This document shows positions 17,834 to 21,863 of a stretch of DNA of 21,863 bases, piece after piece; position 1 is the stretch's first letter, and each line of letters starts with the position of its first letter. Source of the stretch: an uncultured bacterium (GTDB lineage: Bacteria > JAJVIF01 > JAPKYR01); NCBI GenBank assembly GCA_965369865.1, contig CBDURU010000056.1, positions 1-21,863 of the forward strand. Reading direction: 5' to 3'. Made by a program: the position numbers and the translations under genes. The notes under the pieces were generated by a model that worked only from the letters and a program-made list of their open reading frames with translations, was not told where the DNA came from and searched no databases.

Positions 17834-17866
17834 CAAATCCCGATTTGTATTTTTGAAAAAAATTCT

Positions 17867-17891
17867 GACCGCCCAATCGGGCGGTTTTTTT
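17867..17891 (+). terminator. Intrinsic terminator after lgt
   Basis: ACCGCCC-AATC-GGGCGGT followed by TTTTTT. Confidence 0.8.
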
Positions 17892-17975
17892 CAGCAATCA
17901 TCGAAATCCAGCCGTGTTCCGGGAATTTTACCGCTGTATTATCCATTGAAACTAAGAGATGAACCTTAAACATAC

Positions 17976-18003
17976 TTGACACTCCAGTTATGCAGAATAT
18001 AAT
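17976..18003 (+). promoter_or_regulatory. Consensus sigma70 promoter for two small lipoprotein genes
   Basis: Exact TTGACA-N16-TATAAT. Confidence 0.7.
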
Positions 18004-18077
18004 TAATATTCAGAAATGTGGTCTTCGTAACGAAACTAATAGAATAAAAAACAACCAGAAATCCGGGAGCTTTTAAA

Positions 18078-18263
18078 ATGCGACTATTTCTAGCAATATT
18101 TCTCATTTCAGCAATGTTCCTTATCCCTCTACTCACATCTTGTGTCCCCAGTGGTTACGAAGAGGGAAGCGATAATCCTAATCGACCAGCTGAAATCCAG
18201 GTCGATTTAGAGGACCTGCCACCGGGAGACAATGTCCAGGAAGAGCCTGAAGAAGGCGACTGA
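18078..18263 (+). CDS. Small acidic lipoprotein (61 aa)
   Basis: SD GGGAG, hydrophobic signal with lipobox LLTS-C, D/E/P-rich mature part. Confidence 0.65.
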   Translation: MRLFLAIFLISAMFLIPLLTSCVPSGYEEGSDNPNRPAEIQVDLEDLPPGDNVQEEPEEGD

Positions 18264-18291
18264 TTACATCCCTTCTGCGTGGGGTTGAAAC

Positions 18292-18693
18292 ATGCGAACC
18301 AGCACTTTTCTTGTAATCCTGTTGATCTGCGGGATATTTCCATTGGTACTTTCCGGCTGCAAAACGACCGTTGAGACAAATGAACCCGGACCTGGGGGGC
18401 TTCCGAAAGGTATGGTCGACGAGGATTCGCCAGCACTCGACGATCAGGATTTCCCTGTATACCCCGATTCAGTACAACGTGCGACCGGTGTATATGAGAC
18501 CGGAGATTCATTTGAATCGGTTATCCAATATTACACCGAACTTCTCGGGTTCAACCCTGTCAAATTGGATGAAATCTCGGGAGAAATATTCACGTTTGAG
18601 ACAGGGGAATATATCCTTGTGATCCTTCCATTACCTATTGGCGATACAATCGGTACCGAAATCAGGTTCACTATTCTGGAAGAGGGCAGTTGA
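18292..18693 (+). CDS. Hypothetical lipoprotein (133 aa)
   Basis: Lipobox VLSG-C, then DFPVYP...YET.DS.E.V..YY...L, a pattern seen in small alpha/beta lipoproteins. Confidence 0.7.
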   Translation: MRTSTFLVILLICGIFPLVLSGCKTTVETNEPGPGGLPKGMVDEDSPALDDQDFPVYPDSVQRATGVYETGDSFESVIQYYTELLGFNPVKLDEISGEIFTFETGEYILVILPLPIGDTIGTEIRFTILEEGS

Positions 18694-18740
18694 TTTCAGG
18701 GATTCCTCATGGAATATAAATCCGCCAGGCCGATTCTGGT

Positions 18741-18768
18741 GGAACTTTTTTATTTTCAATCCGTCAAA
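18741..18768 (+). promoter_or_regulatory. ECF sigmaE-type (autoregulatory) promoter
   Basis: GGAACTT-N16-TCAAA, matching the known RpoE/AlgU-type consensus, 66 nt upstream of the sigma gene. Confidence 0.7.
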
Positions 18769-18833
18769 GGTTACACCCCGGACCACAAGGGGTAAGGTTT
18801 TTATTCCGTGGATAATACGGACATGTCGCGAGT

Positions 18834-19454
18834 GTGAATAATGACAGCAGCATAGCCCGAAGGGAATCCGCTGGTGAACTGATGGCGGTACGGGCGCGTG
18901 ATAACCGTCTCATTTCCAGGACCCTTGCCGGGGACGATGAAGCGTTCGAAGACCTCGTCAGGACTTACTACGACAGGATTCGCGCGATGGTCTATCACCA
19001 TCTCCACCGTGAGGATGATCTGGATGACGCCCTCCAGGAAATTTTTATCAAGGCATACCAGGCTCTACCCCGTTTTAAAAAGCGTTCTAACTTCTATACC
19101 TGGATTTACCGGATCGCCTCCAACTACTGCATCGACAGGCTCAGGAAAAGGAGGCCTGAACTCGTGAGCCTTAACGGTAGCGAGGCTCGCGACGCTCTTG
19201 AAACACGAATTCATTCCAACATCGATACTCCTGAGGAAAAATACACAAGGACCGAACGTGTCCTTATCGTCAGGAAAGCGATCGGGATGCTCGATCCGAT
19301 CTACCAGAACATTATTGTTTTACGGGAAATTGAAGGATTGACGTACGATGAACTTGGCGAAAGCCTGGAAATACAAATGGGAACCGTTAAAAGCCGTCTT
19401 GCCAGGGCGCGTAAGGAATTGAAAAAGGTCCTCCAGGACATGGATGTTATTTAA
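18834..19454 (+). CDS. ECF RNA polymerase sigma-70 factor (RpoE/SigW-like)
   Basis: GD.EAFE.LV..Y, D.DD..QE.FIKAY..L..F...S.FYTWIYRIA.N.CID.LRK, LREIEGLTY.E....L....GTVKSRLARAR. The exact start is uncertain (GTG 18834 or ATG 18882). Confidence 0.93.
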   Translation: MNNDSSIARRESAGELMAVRARDNRLISRTLAGDDEAFEDLVRTYYDRIRAMVYHHLHREDDLDDALQEIFIKAYQALPRFKKRSNFYTWIYRIASNYCIDRLRKRRPELVSLNGSEARDALETRIHSNIDTPEEKYTRTERVLIVRKAIGMLDPIYQNIIVLREIEGLTYDELGESLEIQMGTVKSRLARARKELKKVLQDMDVI

Positions 19455-19455
19455 C

Positions 19456-19998
19456 ATGGATTGCCGAGTGTGCCAAAATCTGCTCAACCTGTACCTCGAC
19501 AACGAACTCGAGGGACAGGTGCTTGCCGAACTGGAACTCCACATCGAGGGCTGCCCGGAATGCAAGGCTGAACTCGACCGTCTCAGTAAAATGAACGAAT
19601 TTCTCAACGACCTCAGGGAGGTCGAGATTCCGGAGGGCGAACGGGAGGCTTTCATCGATGCTTTGAGGGACCGCATCGAGGCCGAAGGCGTGAAGGTCGG
19701 TAAGAAGAGATCGATCCTCCGACCGGTCCTTGTCTCAGCAATCGTCGTTGTCCTGGTACTTATTACTTTCGTAACCTGTCCGAAAACCGAGCCCGACATA
19801 AGGATCGCTCCGGCCTCGGGATTGAACGCGCTTGAAAACATGGCGATCGATCGGATTATTGCAGGATCGCTCGACGATCATTTCCTGGCTACATCCGGGG
19901 ATTTTATGGTGAACCCGACAGTATCCGGCGGACAGGCGCTTTCAGTCTGGAAAATCCTGAAGGAAACGCACGGCGACCTGTTCGAACCGGCTGATTAA
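19456..19998 (+). CDS. Zinc-binding (zf-HC2) transmembrane anti-sigma factor
   Basis: MDC...LL..YLD.EL...LE.HIEGCPEC (Hx3Cx2C), single TM segment VLVSAIVVVLVLITFV. Starts 2 nt after the sigma stop. Confidence 0.88.
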   Translation: MDCRVCQNLLNLYLDNELEGQVLAELELHIEGCPECKAELDRLSKMNEFLNDLREVEIPEGEREAFIDALRDRIEAEGVKVGKKRSILRPVLVSAIVVVLVLITFVTCPKTEPDIRIAPASGLNALENMAIDRIIAGSLDDHFLATSGDFMVNPTVSGGQALSVWKILKETHGDLFEPAD

Positions 19999-20021
19999 AT
20001 TAATGAATTGAAAAAGAAATC

Positions 20022-21263
20022 ATGACCAGGGGATACCGCATATTACTCACCATCCTGATTGTTCTCATCGTCATGGGAATAGTAGGGCTTGGCGCGATTA
20101 AATTCTGGGCGCGACCCGGACGTCTTGATGCCGCGAAGTCGGTTGAATTATTGAGTGCAGCATGGAACCAGGCTCAAACCGAGACGCCATCGGGTCCGCG
20201 CGAGGTTTTCTACGATCTCGGTGGAAAAGTTTTCAGAATCACGTCTGAACTCGATGAAACCGCGAAATTCGAGGCGTTCCAGAATTTAATGGCATCGCTA
20301 TTCCCCCAGGTCGATCCGTCCGATGAATTCCTCGCCAATCTGACTGTTACACACAGGGGACGTGTCAGGATAGCCGGGGTAACTTGTGAGAGAATCCTTG
20401 TATCGCCAACCCGGTATGATGGCAACTCGATCGAACTATGGATCGAACCCGGTAAAAATCTTATCCTCGGTTACCGTACGATTGATTTCGAGGGGAATCT
20501 GGTGCGGGGTTACCGGTTCCTTAAAATTACAGGAACTGAACCGGTTGATGATTCAGCGTCATCCGGGACCGAAACTCCCGACCTGCCATTTTTTAACGAT
20601 CCCGAACTTATCCCCCCTGAACGTATCCAGGAAATGGCTGCTGCTCACATCATCGCTTTGCCCGACTGGCTGCCGCCAGGATTTAAATTGAGGGGTGGAC
20701 GCCGGTTAGCGAATTTCGATCAGCCTGCCGTGTTTGATAATTATATGCCGGGATTGGGGGTAGGGCGTATGCAGATTGGCGGGGGTGGCGGGGGTGGCGG
20801 GGGTCTGGGGCCAAGGCAGGGTCAGGGACCATTGAGGGAATTTAATAATCAATTCCAGCTTGTTTATACCGATGGCCTGAATACAATTTCAGTTATACAG
20901 CTTCCCCAGGTCAGGATGGGCGAGAGTTTCTTCAATCCGGATCGACAGGGAGAAGTTCTGGAAGCAAAAGCCCGTGAGGTCTGGCGGCTGTTCCATACCG
21001 CAATGGCTGGACGATTCCTCCCGAATGCCACAATAATCGTTTACGGTGAGGTTTCGCCTGAAATTGCGAAACAAATCGCGCGGAGCATTCCCGATATTCC
21101 ACTCGTCCCACCAATGGGAGCCGGTCCCGACGATCGACCTCCGGATCCTCCACCGGATGAAATGCAACCATTCGGTCCCGAACGTCCGCGACCTGATCGG
21201 CCGTTTGGCGGAGGTTTTGGTGGAGGACCTGGCGGACGTCGACCCGGCGGAGATTCGGATTGA
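20022..21263 (+). CDS. MucB/RseB-like periplasmic sigmaE regulator with Gly/Pro-rich extensions
   Basis: N-terminal anchor, G...IAG..C......P.......LWI....LIL, LPDWLPPGF.L, LVYTDGL.TISV, .VYGEVS.......IA.SI. Third gene of the ECF operon. Confidence 0.7.
   Translation: MTRGYRILLTILIVLIVMGIVGLGAIKFWARPGRLDAAKSVELLSAAWNQAQTETPSGPREVFYDLGGKVFRITSELDETAKFEAFQNLMASLFPQVDPSDEFLANLTVTHRGRVRIAGVTCERILVSPTRYDGNSIELWIEPGKNLILGYRTIDFEGNLVRGYRFLKITGTEPVDDSASSGTETPDLPFFNDPELIPPERIQEMAAAHIIALPDWLPPGFKLRGGRRLANFDQPAVFDNYMPGLGVGRMQIGGGGGGGGGLGPRQGQGPLREFNNQFQLVYTDGLNTISVIQLPQVRMGESFFNPDRQGEVLEAKAREVWRLFHTAMAGRFLPNATIIVYGEVSPEIAKQIARSIPDIPLVPPMGAGPDDRPPDPPPDEMQPFGPERPRPDRPFGGGFGGGPGGRRPGGDSD
20778..20804 (+). 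repeat. In-frame tandem repeat (GGCGGGGGT)x3 encoding poly-Gly
   Basis: Three perfect 9-mers encode Gly9. Confidence 0.8.
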
Positions 21264-21328
21264 AGTTGTTTATTGGAGTTTATTTACGGCTCCTGGCACC
21301 CGGGAATTTACTACAGTCGAAAGTGTAT

Positions 21329-21359
21329 CGGGTGTATCCGTTGCTCACCTGTTTTTTTT
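21329..21359 (+). terminator. Possible intrinsic terminator of the ECF operon
   Basis: CGGGTG-N11-CACCTG followed by T8. The stem is weak. Confidence 0.35.
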
Positions 21360-21760
21360 CATTTTTTTCGTATCCCGTGATCAGGCGAAATCCGCATTAT
21401 CAGCATGCTCAGGCGGTAATTTTCCCGTATCAGGGCAACACCCGTGATTTTCGGATTTGGGGTATGCCAGGTGTATCGGGATACGGGTAATGAACTTCGG
21501 GGACAAGGCATTTTTCCCTTAATATATAATGGTAAAGTCAGGTTTATCACTGGAGAAAAATGGCATGTCCCCTGTGTAGCATTAATATACGTCGACAAGC
21601 ACGTTCGACCCGGAGACTATCAAGGCGTGCAAGGATAACTGTCTCACTCAGCGTGTCGACGCCACGCGATGTGTTGATGGTTATCTCTACTTACTAATAG
21701 GACAGGTTAGGGAGGATTTGGCGCGTGGGGGGATCAAAATAAGATTGAACATATCGATTC

Positions 21761-21863
21761 ACCCACAAGCTCATTTATTTTTAGTGACTGAGGCTGTTTC
21801 CGGATACTTCAATACATATTTACTTTTATAAATTTATGTATCGCGCATGTGGGCGGCACCCGG
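21761..21863. repeat. Repeat element, copy 2 (runs to the window end)
   Basis: ACCCACAAGCTCA (21761-21773) and CGCATGTGGGCGGCACCCGG (21844-21863), 12/13 and 18/20 identical to the arms at 1-13 and 86-105. Confidence 0.7.

Noticed and set aside
20751..20811. G-quadruplex-like G runs
   Set aside because: Explained by Gly codons in a low-complexity linker, with no independent support for a G4 function.
21260..21638. Short ORFs in the 3' tail
   Set aside because: No recognisable motifs or convincing SD, mutually overlapping, and the region is dominated by inverted repeats.
1..21863. Whole window as an integrated element or prophage bounded by direct repeats
   Set aside because: No integrase, transposase or phage structural genes. 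It contains housekeeping lgt and lexA, and the terminal repeats match only in their arms, unlike att-site duplications.

Overview
This is a chromosomal window (about 50% GC) from an unidentified diderm bacterium, as shown by its TonB-dependent receptor, Lgt and many lipoproteins. Left to right it holds: (1) a small beta-barrel protein; (2) an overlapping gene pair encoding a RecQ-type helicase fused to a ComF/PRTase-like domain and a DprA/Smf protein; (3) a minus-strand, cobalamin-riboswitch-controlled operon (surface lipoprotein, BtuB-like receptor, beta-propeller lipoprotein), with two near-identical 38-bp palindromes in the riboswitch leader; (4) a DUF6978-like/DUF1828-like gene pair, a Gp37/Gp68 (DUF5131) gene and lexA; (5) a HEAT-repeat protein and a 1002-aa lipoprotein metalloprotease; (6) lgt and two small lipoproteins; (7) an ECF sigma / zinc anti-sigma / RseB-like operon with a sigmaE-type promoter. 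Both window ends carry the same ~104-bp element, with conserved co-varying inverted arms around unrelated ~70-nt interiors, and the last 600 bp are rich in related hairpins. The best candidates for something new are this terminal repeat family, the palindrome-containing B12 riboswitch, an N-terminal domain shared by the two large lipoproteins, and two putative defence pairs. All family assignments come from motif recognition by eye; no searches were run.
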